Origin: an uncultured delta proteobacterium
Lineage (GTDB): Bacteria; Desulfobacterota; Binatia; UBA9968
Assembly (NCBI GenBank): GCA_963745835.1
Contig: CAVUZH010000023.1
Location: 14,209-78,208, forward strand
DNA: 64,000 bases
Reading direction: 5' to 3'
The notes under the pieces are model-generated. The model had not been told where the DNA came from, made no database searches, and was given only the letters and a program-made list of their open reading frames with translations. Both the position numbers and the translations under genes were made by a program. Shown piece after piece: positions 32,210-43,354 of the stretch. The first letter of the stretch is position 1; the number at the start of each line of letters is the position of its first letter.

Positions 32210-33178
32210 TTACGTAGTACTGGCAAACAACTCGTCGACCCCAACCTTTTTGGCCAAAAGACCTTGGTCTTCGGCATAATCGATGAAACGCTCGAGATTA
32301 GCCCGATTCTTTTCTACGCCATTGGGCCATGGATCATCGCCAAAGGCTTTTCTCTCTTCTTCGAACAGATGCCTGCCCCAAACGAAGCGTGACCAATTAG
32401 GATCGTCGTAGTACGCTTTACACGCTTGTTTGGCTTCGTCGAAGGCTTGCATTACTTTCGCGGCAAGAGCGGGATCTCTTTTCAGGACATCGTCCCTGAA
32501 AGCCACAACGTGCATGATCGGATAGTAGCCGTTTTTCTGAAAGTACCTGATCTCTTCCTGCTTCGGATCCGAAAATAAACGGCGGATCTTCTTCGACCCT
32601 TCAAGCGCTTCCGCTGGCGGGTGCGGAACCATGAGCGCATCGATCTCACCTTGCTCAAGAAGCACGCCGATCTTTTTACCTGGGGCAAGCAGTTCAATAT
32701 GAACACCGGCCTCAGGCTTGAAGGCCACCGCCTCGTCTTTAGAAACCACCCAATCAATTGTGCGCCAGGGCACATTGTATTCAGATTGCAGATCACCTTT
32801 GGCAAGCACGGATAAGGTCGTTTGAAACGTACTGAGGCCGACGCGCTTGCCAGGCAAATCGGCGGGCGAGCTTATCCGCGCGTCAACATTCACCCACATC
32901 TGCGATAGGCTGAACAAACGGCGTGGAAAAACCGGGATCGCGGTAAATGGCAAGCCGAGGCTTTTTGCCATCAGATAGGAAGAGAGCGAAAGCTCACAGA
33001 TATCGAACTCTTGTTTCTGCAACATGCGCTCATGGCGGTCTTGACCATGTTTGAGAGGATGAGATTGTCCGACTTCGAGCACGGTTATGTTTGCTCCCTC
33101 GACTTGAATCGATCGGTCGAATAGAGGAATATGACGGTCGTAGTGGGATAGCGCGATTGTCAGATCTGCTTTAGCCAT
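32210..33178 (-). CDS. 4,5-dihydroxyphthalate decarboxylase-like protein (periplasmic-binding fold, no signal peptide)
   Basis: YDRHIPL, FDICELSLSSY, AIPVFP, YPIMHVV, DPWPNGVEKNR. Confidence 0.75.
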   Translation of the reverse strand: MAKADLTIALSHYDRHIPLFDRSIQVEGANITVLEVGQSHPLKHGQDRHERMLQKQEFDICELSLSSYLMAKSLGLPFTAIPVFPRRLFSLSQMWVNVDARISSPADLPGKRVGLSTFQTTLSVLAKGDLQSEYNVPWRTIDWVVSKDEAVAFKPEAGVHIELLAPGKKIGVLLEQGEIDALMVPHPPAEALEGSKKIRRLFSDPKQEEIRYFQKNGYYPIMHVVAFRDDVLKRDPALAAKVMQAFDEAKQACKAYYDDPNWSRFVWGRHLFEEERKAFGDDPWPNGVEKNRANLERFIDYAEDQGLLAKKVGVDELFASTT

Positions 33179-33424
33179 ACTCGAATACTTTCTTCGTCAG
33201 TTTGATTCTTGCTTACTCACTTTCCTTAATCATGTCCAGCTGAAATGGCACAGGAAGCCTACACGTAGCGGCAGATGTCGTATCCGATGGCGGTCTAACA
33301 TTCAGTAACTAAGAATGGCATGGCCGCGCTAAACGCTCAGGCGAATTTGTGCCAATTCTAACGAGAGATCTTGGAGTAGATGCCCGATGTCTGTTGTTTA
33401 CGGAAGATTATGACCAGGTAAGAT

Positions 33425-33622
33425 TTAGCTTGGAACGTTCGGCGTTTTTTGGCTGTTTGTCAGCCGCTGGAGCAAAGCTTCGATTTCCTGCAGACGGGCG
33501 CGCGCTTCATCCTCGGCCTGCTTAATCTCGTTGGCGGGCGCGCCGCTGCTCACGGCGTCTTCGAATTGGGTTACCGCGACGCCAAAGGTTCTAAGCAATC
33601 GGCGCGTTTCATCGCTGGGCAT
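33425..33622 (-). CDS. Small helical hypothetical protein downstream of AOR
   Basis: GGAGGAG RBS; MPSDETRRLLRTFGVAVT..., 65 aa. Confidence 0.6.
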   Translation of the reverse strand: MPSDETRRLLRTFGVAVTQFEDAVSSGAPANEIKQAEDEARARLQEIEALLQRLTNSQKTPNVPS

Positions 33623-33653
33623 GTGCTCTCCTCCAGTCCTAACTCGGATGGAA

Positions 33654-35455
33654 TTAATTGGAAATCTTAAGCTCGCGCATCTTGCTCTCGGGAATAAAAC
33701 CGCGATCATTCCAGCCCCGGGCTAGGTAATAGCTTTGGATCATTTCATGCAGCTCCGCCGGCCGCAGTTCAGTGCCTTGAGCCACTCCGTCGGCTAGTTT
33801 TTCATCCAGCAATCTGGGTGGAAGCCAATCATCGTCGGGCTGCCAGCCTTCTCGAATGTTGAACAATTTCTTTTGTGCGTTTATGCGTTCGCCGATCTGT
33901 CTCAGCTCAGCACTGGAGTAGGGCCAGCCGGTCACTTTGGCGAGTAGATCGGCAGCTTCTGCATAGAAATCCGTGAAGCATTTGCGCAGAAATTTGCAAA
34001 CGATCAATGAGTCCAGCACCGCGGCAAAATCTTCGGAAGCGGCGACGAGTAATCCGCGGCCGGAATCGCCATGCAGGCGGTCGACTTCCCCGGAGAAATC
34101 ATACTCATAAGCGCCGGAGCGGTTATGACAGGCGCCACGCGGGCTGACCGCAAGTCCGAGCGCCATGGTTTTCAAGCTGCGCGGTTCGTATCCGGGTAAT
34201 TCCAGTCCCTTCACGTGCATGGCCCATTGTCCGGCATCTTTGCCAACGACGGCCGCCGCTCGCTTGGAGCCTTGGGCCAGCAGATCGCCAAGTCCCTGAC
34301 GCTCGGCAATCATGGGGATAATCTTCAAAAATGCGTCGGCTCGGCCAAAGCGCAGCCCTAAAGCGCTGGCTTCCGGCAACAGGCCCTTCTCGGCGCATTC
34401 CATTGCCCAGGCGATGGTTGCGCCGGTGCTGATGGAATCCAAACCGTAATCGTCGCACAGGCGCGCGGCTTGAAGCAGGGTGTGCGGGTCCTCGATCTCA
34501 CACATCGGCCCCAAGGCGAAGAGTGTCTCGTACTCCAGGCGCTGATCCTGTCCGTCCAAAGACTTGAACAAACGTTCGCAGCGGATCGTACAGGCGGCGC
34601 AGCCGTTTCTCCGGCTGAAGTTATTTTCGGTGAGACTTTCACCGCTCAAGTTGTCCGCGTGCGCGAACGTGGAATGCTGAAAATTGCGGGTGGGCAAGCT
34701 GCCGAGACGGTTGAACACCGCAAGGTTGGCAACGGTTCCGATCTGACGATACTTAGACGTTACCGTTCCGACGCTTCTGTGTCGCATTGCCAGCGCGAGC
34801 TCGGCGACGCCTTTCGAATCGGCGATTGCGGTATCCGTATCGCCGCGAATCGCAATCGCCTTCAAGCGCTTTGCGCCCATGACAGCGCCGACGCCGCCGC
34901 GCCCCGCATGGCGCCCATCATTGCTGATCGTCGCGAACCTGACGCCATTCTCACCGGCCAAACCAATGGCGGCCACACGGAAGCTGTGATTCTTGGACTC
35001 GGCACGAAGCAAAGAATCGGTCTCTGTGGCGCTCTTGCCGATCAGGTGAGTGGCCTCTCTGAAGAGAACCCGACCGCCATCGATGACCAGATACATCCAA
35101 CTCGGTGATCGACCGGTGATTACCAGAGCATCAACTCCCAGCTTCTTTAATTCCAAAGCAAAGTAACTGGAGGAGAGCGAGTCGGCGATAAAGCTGGTGA
35201 GAGGGGATTTCGTCACGACAGCGTATTTAGCAGTGGTGGTGAGTGGCGTCCCGACCAGCGGCGCGCTGGCGAAGATGAGTGGATTCTCCGGCGCCAGCGC
35301 ATCGACTGCCCGGCGGAGCAAATTCATACAGTAGATCAGAGCCAAGGCCGATGCCGCCGAGGCAGCGATGCAAGCGCGACGCTGTCAATCTCGAGAGATG
35401 TATAGGTTGCCGTCGTCAGATCGATTTTAAGCAACTGGCCGTGAAAGCCATACAT
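33654..35455 (-). CDS. aor: Aldehyde:ferredoxin oxidoreductase (W/Mo-bisPT), frameshifts near the 5' end
   Basis: MYGFHGQLLKIDLT start at 35455; KSPLT, AGRGGVGAVMGAKRLKA, CAACTIRC, EYET, DDYGLD, YEPR, YYLARGW. Confidence 0.88.
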
Positions 35456-35698
35456 CGCTAACCTCCCGCGTCCGCCAGAAATGATGAAAGCAAAATCTCC
35501 AGCAGCGGTACTTCCTCTTGGCTGTTCGCACTCAGTTGTCCGCGCCGCTCCTTCACTAGGTATTAGACTTCTAAGCCCGCTAACAAAGACCACTCTAAAC
35601 CAGCGCTTCAAAACTCTTCTATCATCCGGTAAGCGCTATTCCAAGTTACAGTGAAATATCGGACTCGTTGGCGAGGGCTGCCAGCACCGCGATCTCTC

Positions 35699-35726
35699 TT
35701 GACATGTTTCAAAAGCAGAGTATAGG
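35699..35726 (+). promoter_or_regulatory. Candidate sigma-70 promoter of the fdh operon
   Basis: TTGACA-N16-TATAGG about 115 bp upstream of the fdh ATG. Confidence 0.4.
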
Positions 35727-35841
35727 AGGGTTATAAACGAAGTTCTTAAATTCGTACATCTTAGCAACTTACCGCGCTTGTTCGTGAGAAGGTCATGGTC
35801 TCTTTTTCCACTATCCCCACCTCTAAAAAAGGAGTCGGAAC

Positions 35842-38800
35842 ATGGAAGTTTCACGACGCGATTTTCTCCGCCTTTCAGTCGCAGCAGGGACCGGCACGGC
35901 GCTGAGTGGACTCGTCGGCTCGGGCGTCAATCTCGGACCGGCTGTTGCCCGGGCACAGGAGCTGCGGATCAAAAACGCCAAGGTCACTCCCAGCGTCTGC
36001 CCCTATTGCTCAGTCGGATGCGGCACGCTGATTCACACCATCAACGGCAAGATCGTCAACATCGAAGGCGATCCGCGTAGCCCGCACAACGAAGGAACCC
36101 TTTGTCCCAAGGGCGCGGCGATCTTCCAGCTCCACGTCAACCCCAACCGCCCGACTCAGGTTCTCCATCGTGCGGCAGGGGCTGCCGACTGGGAGGTATG
36201 GGATCTTGAGCGCGCGATGAACCGGATCGCCGAGCTGACGAAGAAGACCCGCGACGAGACCTTCATCGAAAAGCTTGCCCAACGGAAAGCTCGTCAACAT
36301 GACGCCCGCCATCTTCGCGTTAGGCGGCGCCACCCTCGAGGTCGAGTTCAATCACATTTGCCAAAAGCTCATGCGCGGCCTCGGCATCGTCGCCATCGAG
36401 AATCAGGCGCGGATATGACACAGCTCTAGCGTCCCCGGTCTGGGGACCCGATTTGGCCGCGGCGCAGCCACCCTCTATCCCGCGGAGCATGGCGGACTCC
36501 GACTGCATCGTCGTCATGGGTTCCAACATGGCGGAGAACCATCCCGTGGCGTTCCGCTGGCCGATGAAGGCCAAGGTCGAGCACGGCGCCAAGATCATCC
36601 ACGTCGATCCGCGTTTCACCCGCACCAGCTCAGTAGCCGATATTTACGCGCCGGTCCGCGCGGGGTCGGACATCGCCTTCCTGGGCGGCGTCATCAAATA
36701 TGTTCTCGACAGCGAGAAGTGGAACAACGACCCATTCTTCAAGACCTTCGTCGTGAACTACACCAATGCCGCGACGATCATCAACGAGGACTTCAAGGAC
36801 ACCGAAGAACTGGACGGAGTATTTTCGGGACTTCTGCAGTCCAAGGGCGGGATCAACGAATGGCCGTTCAACGGTTTTATCAACCAGTACGACGGCGCAA
36901 GCTGGCAGTACGCCGGAACCAAGGCCGGGGAGCAGGGCCGAGCTGCGGCGACCGCGCAGTCGGGCGAGGCTATGGTGTCCTCGGGTTCCGAAGGAACCAA
37001 GTCGCCGGCGACGCCTGAATCCGCGCCCGCGCCGGCAGCGGCTAAAGCCCCGCCGGGCCCGCCGTTTGACTCTTTGGTGGCATCTCTCGTCAAGCCGCCG
37101 CCGCAGAGAGACGAGACGCTCCAGAACCCCCGGTGTGTTTTTCAAATCGTCAAGAAGCATTTCGCGCGCTACACGCCGGAGATGGTGGAGAAGACGACCG
37201 GCTGCCCCAAGGAAACGTTTCTCAAAGTCGCCGAGACCATTCTGGCGAATTCGGGCGCGGACCGGACGACTTCATTCGCCTACGCCGTGGCCTGGACGCA
37301 GCACACCTACGGCGTCCAAATAATCGGCGCCTGCGCGCTGCTTCAGCTTCTGCTGGGGAATATCGGCCGGCCCGGCGCGGGCGTCATGGCGCTCCGCGGC
37401 CACGCCTCGATCCAGGGCTCGACGGACGTCCCTACGCTCTACCACTCGATCCAGGGCTATATGGCGGCGCCAACGGCGCTCAAGAAACACGACACTCTGC
37501 AGGATTACCTCGCGGCTGAGACGCTGCCGACGGGCTATTGGGCGAACATGCCGAAATTCGTCGTTTCGTATCTGAAGTCGATTTACGGAGATGCCGCGAC
37601 CAAGGAGAACCAGTTCGGCTGGGACTGGCACCCGAAGATTCTTGGCGACCATTCACACATGGCCATGTTCGTGGCGATGAACGCCGGCAAGGTGAAAGGA
37701 ATGTTTTGCGTCGGGCAGAATCCCGCCACGTCGGTGAATGCCAAGCTGGAGCGCTCGGGGCTAAGGAAGCTCGAATGGCTGGTCGTGAAAGACAACTGGC
37801 TCACCGAGACAGCCACTTTCTGGAAGAATGCGCCCGAGGTTAAAAAGGGCGAGGTCAAGACCGCGGACATCAAGACCGAAGTCTTTTTCCTCCCCGCCAC
37901 CCAGGTCGGCGAGATCGAAGGCACGTTCACCAACACCCAGCGCCTGCTGCAATTTCATCACAAAGCCGCCGAGGCGCCCGGCGATTGCCGGTCCGATACC
38001 TTGTTCTACTACGATCTCGGCAAACGTTTGAAGAAGCTCTACGCGCAATCGACTGAGCCGCGCGACGAGGGCTTTAAAAATCTTGTCTGGGATTACGAGC
38101 ACGATGACGCAAACGAACGCAAAAAGGGGGAGCCTTCGGCGCTGAAAATTTTAAAGGAGATCAACGGTTTTCAAACCGACGATCCAAGTAAGCACATCGC
38201 AGGCTTCGGCGATTTGAAGGACGATGGTTCGACGACCTGCGCGTCGTGGATCTATTCGGGCGTCTATCCCGCGGTGGGAAAAAATCTCGCCGATAGACGC
38301 ACGCCCGACGCTCCCGGCCAGCCCGGCGCGCAGCTGAATTGGGGTTGGGCGTGGCCGGCCAACCGGCGCATCATGTACAACCGCGCTTCGGCCGATCCCG
38401 ATGGCAAACCCTGGAGCGAAAAGAAAAAATGGGTATGGTGGGATGCGGAGCAGAAAAGATGGGCCGGCTACGATGTGCCGGACTACATCGCGACGAAACC
38501 GCCCACCGACAAAGCCAAGCCGGGCGCGGCGGGTATGGATGCGCTTCCCGGAACCGCTCCTTTCATCATGCGGCCGGACGGCCTGGGTTGGCTCTTCGTG
38601 CCGGCGGGCCTGGTGGACGGCCCGCTGCCGACGCACTACGAGCCGGTCGAGTCGCCGGTCACCAATCCGCTTTACAAGCAGCAGACCAGCCCGGTGTTCA
38701 AATACTGGAAGGATACCGGCAACGAGCTGGCGAAGATGGGCGACCCGAAGTTTCCCTACGTGATGACGACCTATCGTCTGACCGAGCACTATCTGGCGGG

Positions 38801-39140
38801 CGGCATGAGCCGCTGGCTTCCGTGGCTGACCGAACTGCAGCCCGAACTCTTCATCGAGATCAGTCCCGAGCTGGCCCAAGAGAAAGGCATCAAGAATCTC
38901 GACTGGTGCAGAATCTCCAGCCCGCGCACGCAGATCCGCGCCAAGGCTCTGGTCACGCGGCGGATGCGCCCCTTCACCATCGACGGCAAAGTCATCCACC
39001 AAGTCGGCATGCCCTGGCACTGGGGTTATGAAGGCCTGTCCACCGGAGACGTCGTCAACGAGTTGACGTCCCTCATAGCCGATCCGAACGTTTCGATGCA
39101 CGAGGGAAAAGCGTTCGTCTGCAATGTGGAAAAGGCGTAG
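35842..39140 (+). CDS. fdnG: Formate dehydrogenase-N/O alpha subunit, selenocysteine-containing, Tat-exported (apparent frameshifts near 36280 and 36475)
   Basis: Tat motif SRRDFL; CPYCSVGC...LCPKG; ENQARI-TGA(36416-36418)-HSSSVPGLG; ALRGHASIQGSTD; TTYRLTEH. Confidence 0.92.
36431..36447 (+). promoter_or_regulatory. Bacterial SECIS hairpin
   Basis: GTCCCC-GGTCT-GGGGAC starting 12 nt after the in-frame TGA. Confidence 0.85.
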
Positions 39141-39144
39141 AGGA

Positions 39145-39225
39145 TTGGAGTGATGGAGTGTTGGAGAAATGGAGTAATGGTGCCGAAACCTCAATACTCC
39201 AGCACTCCACTACTCCAGTACTTCA
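39145..39225. repeat. Inverted 8-mer tandem array hairpin between fdh alpha and beta
   Basis: TTGGAGTG ATGGAGTG TTGGAGAA ATGGAGTA ATGG / CAATACTC CAGCACTC CACTACTC CAGTACTT CA. Confidence 0.85.
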
Positions 39226-39249
39226 GGCTGGGTTAGGCTAGGAGGAATC

Positions 39250-40050
39250 ATGGCTGAGCCAATGGGATTTTACACCGACACGACGGTCTGCATCGGCTGC
39301 AAAGCGTGCGAGGTGGCCTGCAAAGAATGGAACCAGCTCCCCAGCACCAACGGCGGCTTGAATACGCTTGAGCGGCGACAGCTACGACAACACGCGCCAG
39401 CCTCGACGGCATCCACTGGCGCCACGTGAAATTCATCGAGCAGTTCACCGAAGACCGCAAGGACGGCCGCTGGCTGCTGATGAGCGACGTGTGCAAGCAC
39501 TGCGTGCACGCCGCTTGCCTCGAAGTTTGCCCGACGGGCGCGATCATGCGCACCGAGTTCGACACGGTGGTCATTCAATCCGATGCGTGCAACGGCTGCC
39601 GGGATTGCATCTCGGCCTGTCCGTTCGGCGTCATCGATATCAACCCGGCTTCGGGACTCGCCCAGAAGTGCACGCTTTGCTACGACCGGCTGCAGAGTCG
39701 GCATGGAGCCGGCCTGCTCGAAAGCTTGCCCGACCGATTCGATTCAGTTCGGCACGATCAGGAGCTGCGCGGAGAGCGCGAGCAAGCGCGTCGCAGCAAC
39801 TGCACGAGACCGGCGAGAAGCGCGCCTATCTCTACGGCGCCGACGAGAAGATGCTTGGCGGGCTCAACTCGTTTTACCTGCTGGTGGATAAACCGGAAGT
39901 CTACGGCTTGCCGCCGGATCCGAAGATGCCGACGCGCAATCTGGCTTCCGGTCGCTCTTTTCCATGCTGGGCGCCGTTTTGGTCGGCTTGATCGGCATTT
40001 TTAATTTCCGCAATCGCGGCGCGCGCGCGCGCGAGGAGACCCGGCCATGA
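39250..40050 (+). CDS. fdnH: Formate dehydrogenase iron-sulfur (beta) subunit, several frameshifts
   Basis: GGAGG RBS; DTTVCIGCKACEVACKEWN, CKHCVHAACLEVCP, CNGCRDCISACP, KCTLCYDR, CSKACP; hydrophobic C-terminus. Confidence 0.85.
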
Positions 40051-40955
40051 ATGGCATTCCCTCGAGCACCTACTTTACCGCTGCCGCCCGATTGGGGTTG
40101 GCTGATCGTTTTTTATTTCTTTTTCGGCGGTCTGGCCGGCGGCTGTTACTTTCTCGCCGTGTTGATCGATTTTTTCGGCAGGCCCGAAGATCGCCCGCTG
40201 GCGCGGCTCGGCTATCTCATCTCGTTTCCCTGTCTCATCATAAGCGGCATCCTCTTGACCGTTGATCTACACCGGCCGGAACGCTTCTGGCACATGCTGA
40301 TCGAGTCCAACACCTTCCAGCCGATGTTCAAGTACTGGTCGCCGATGTCGCTGGGCTCTTGGGCGCTTACTGATATTCGGGTTATTTTCATTTCTATCTT
40401 TTCTCGGCGCGCTGGCTGATAGCGGCCGTGTCACATGGTCCGGAGCGCGCAGGCTACGCCCGCCGGGAACAATCGGCGGGATCATTTCGATCATCGGCGG
40501 GCTCTTTGCTTTTTATGTTGCCGGTTACACCGGAGTTCTTCTCGCGGTGACCAACCGTCCTATTTGGTCCGATTCCCCACTTTTGGGGATGCTGTTTGTC
40601 GTCTCGGCGGCGTCGATCTCGGCGGCATTGATGATCTTGCTTGCCGAGCGCAACCGCTGGACCATGCCCGGCATCGCGGATTTGCACCGGATGGACGTTT
40701 GGGTCCTCGCGCTGGAACTCATCGTCTTGATCGCGTTCTTGGTCTCGCTCGGGCCGGTTTTCCGCGCCTGGTTCAGTGCCTGGGGCCTGGTGCTGTTGCT
40801 CGGCGTTGTTGTCTTAGGAATGCTCGTGCCGCTATCGCTATCGTGGCGCAGGGATTGGCTCGGAGATCGCAATATGACCACCGGCGGCCGCGTTGGTGCT
40901 GGTCGGCGGCTTTTTGCTCCGGCTAGTGATCGTCTTTTCATCCGAAGGAATTTGA
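40047..40955 (+). CDS. NrfD/PsrC-type membrane anchor, frameshifted
   Basis: WGWLIVFYFFFGGLAGG, DLHRPERFWHM, SPMSLGSW, YTGVLL..TNRPIW. Confidence 0.82.
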
Positions 40956-40957
40956 CG

Positions 40958-41192
40958 ATGAACGGCGTTTTGCGGATTGTTGTAACCGGATGTCCTGCTA
41001 ATGCTCGGTTGCACAAGCCCGGAGACAACCCGCACCCGCGGCGGCGGTCCAGGCGCCGATGTCGGCAACAGAAAAGAAACCGTGCGCATGCACGAAGGTG
41101 CTCGGCCCTTTGAGAACACGCCGAAGCTTATCCCCAGCAAACATCCGCCCTTAGAGCCCGCCAGCCAGGCGGATGAGATCAGCCGCAGATGA
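40958..41192 (+). CDS. Small putative lipoprotein in the fdh operon
   Basis: MNGVLRIVV... joining MLGCTSPETTRTRGGGPGADVGN (lipobox LGC) after one shift. Confidence 0.55.
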
Positions 41193-42078
41193 TAACTTTG
41201 TCAAATGATCGTCTGGGAGATCTTGGCCGTGAGTATCCCGGAGTGGCAGCCGTGGCTCACGGTTATCGAGCAAGTTCTGCGCGAAGCGACAGATACCAAG
41301 TGGGAAGCGTTTGTTCCCGCGCCGGCGCAGTCACGAGAAAATAAAGTTCCACTGCTGGACGGCGCCGCGCTGGATCTGGAACCGGCAGCCGTTGGCCGCG
41401 TGGTCGCAGCGGCTGTTGCGCTCCGCCTATCGGAGCGGCGCGCCGAAGATGTCGACGCTCGATGGCGCCAAACAGGCCCGCTTGAATACCATCGATCTAT
41501 TCAAATCCTCGCTCTGCCAGAATGGCAAGTGGCTTAAGGAGACCGCGGTCGATCTTGGCGTGGACGCGGACGCGTTCCAAGCCGTTGCCGCGCTCGTGCC
41601 GGTCCCTTTCCTTCAAGCTTGCAACCGCCGATGGCAGCAATCGATAAGTGCAAGCTGGACGGAAGGATATTGTCCGGTGTGCGGCGCCTGGCCGGCTTTT
41701 GCCGAGGTGCGCGGGATCGAGCGCAGCCGCTACCTGCGCTGCGGCCGCTGCGGTGGAGGATGGCAGGCTCAGTGTTTGTCTTGCCCATACTGCGGCATGA
41801 CGGACCATGAAGAGCTGGTCTCTCTCGTGCCGGAGAAAAACGGCTCAAATGCCGTGATCGATGCGTGCAAGCGCTGTCTCGGTTACGTCAAAACTTTTAC
41901 CACGCTTCAGGGCAGTCCGCCCGCCAAGGTCATGGTCGATGATCTCGCCAGCGTCGATCTCGATATCGCGGCGCTGGAGCAAGGGTACCGACGTCCCGAG
42001 GGAGTGGGATACTCGCTCGATCTCGTCGTCGGAAGCAAGGCGATGCCAAAACAAACGACTTCTTGGTGGGGTCTATAA
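41189..42078 (+). CDS. fdhE: Formate dehydrogenase accessory protein FdhE (frameshifted 5' part)
   Basis: CPVCG, RYLRCGRC, CPYCG, CKRCLGYVK, DDLASVDLD. Confidence 0.88.
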
Positions 42079-42488
42079 CGTTGTCCGCCGACGATCTCAA
42101 ATCGGTTCGCCCCGCGGAGGTTTGCGGGGCTTTGCTCGCCGCGCTCGAAGCGGCCGAGGGACGCAGGCGAAGCCGCAAGCGCGACCAAACGCCGGACGCT
42201 ATCGGGTTAGCGATCAAGCGGGAGCTGCTCGGGCGCGCCGTCCAAGAGGATCCAGATCCTGAAGCATTCGAAGAGTGGTTGCTTCAATGCGGTCTGACGT
42301 GCGCGCCGGAATCGGCCGGCGCCACAATGGCCATGGCGCGCGCTATTTTTGAAGAATGGCGCCTTACTCATTCAATGAATGATTTTAAATCCTGGCTCGA
42401 ACAGGGCGCGCCATCCGATGATGCCAATGAAGGCTCTTCGTCCCGTCCAAGAAACCAACAACACGAATCCGCAAAAGGACGTCCCTGA
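42063..42488 (+). CDS. Hypothetical protein in the fdh operon
   Basis: LAALEAAEGRRRSRKRDQTPDAIGLAIKRELL...GAPSDD; overlaps the fdhE end. Confidence 0.65.
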   Translation: MVGSITLSADDLKSVRPAEVCGALLAALEAAEGRRRSRKRDQTPDAIGLAIKRELLGRAVQEDPDPEAFEEWLLQCGLTCAPESAGATMAMARAIFEEWRLTHSMNDFKSWLEQGAPSDDANEGSSSRPRNQQHESAKGRP

Positions 42489-42973
42489 TTGCCAAAAACC
42501 GCACCTCCAGACCTGCGCGAGAAAATATCGAGCGTCTTTACCCGCGTCGAGGATGTGACCTACGTCGGCCTCGGAGTGTTGCTGGCGGTCAGCGCGTTAT
42601 TTCTTCTGCTTGCGGCGGCTTGGACTTTAGTCGAAGGTCTTTCTTTCTCCGGTCTTGCCAAAGATCTCACCGTCGAGGTGCGTCGATCAGATTCTTCTGG
42701 TGCTGATGATCATCGAGATCCTTGTCTACCGTTCAGGTATCGTTTCGCGAGCATGTATTGACACCCGAGCCATTCTTAGTCGTCGGCTTGATCGCCGCCA
42801 TCCGGCGCATCCTCATCATCACCGCCGAATTTTCCAATCCGTCTGAAATCCTCGAAGCCGCTTTCCGTAACGCTATGTTCGAACTGGGTTTGTTGACCGT
42901 CTTGATATTTTCCCTGGTCTTTTCTCTGCACTTTCTCAAAAAGAATCGGGCGGCTACTGTCGAACGCGAGTGA
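42489..42973 (+). CDS. PsiE-like membrane protein (frameshifted)
   Basis: DQILLVLMIIEIL, EPFLVVGLIAAIRRILI. Confidence 0.75.
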
Positions 42974-43354
42974 TTGTTCGCGGGTTTTCCGGTTCTGAGG
43001 TTTATTTTCAGTAATGTCAGTTGTTTCATCACTGCCGTTGTTAACAGCGCTTTCGTTCACTGACTGTCAGTCTCTTCTCCATTCTTGAAACTTGTTCAAA
43101 TGATTATTTTGGGATACATACACCACCGAATCATCCGTCCATAGTGTAGCGCGAGGAAAGGGTTGGTTCTAAACAGAGGATTTTGAAATGATCATTTTGG
43201 CGTTGGTGGTCTCAACTATTTTCTCTCGACTGCACTCGCCAAACTCCACAGCAACAATCTATTATGCCTAGAACTCGACTCTACAGGCACCCGATGATTG
43301 GAGTTTTCAAGAAATGATGATTGTCCAAGTCGGATGGCATAAATAAAGCGGGAG

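Noticed and set aside
35456-35841. Moco/Wco riboswitch between aor and fdh
   Set aside because: No conserved motif recognised by eye; an Infernal/Rfam scan would be needed.
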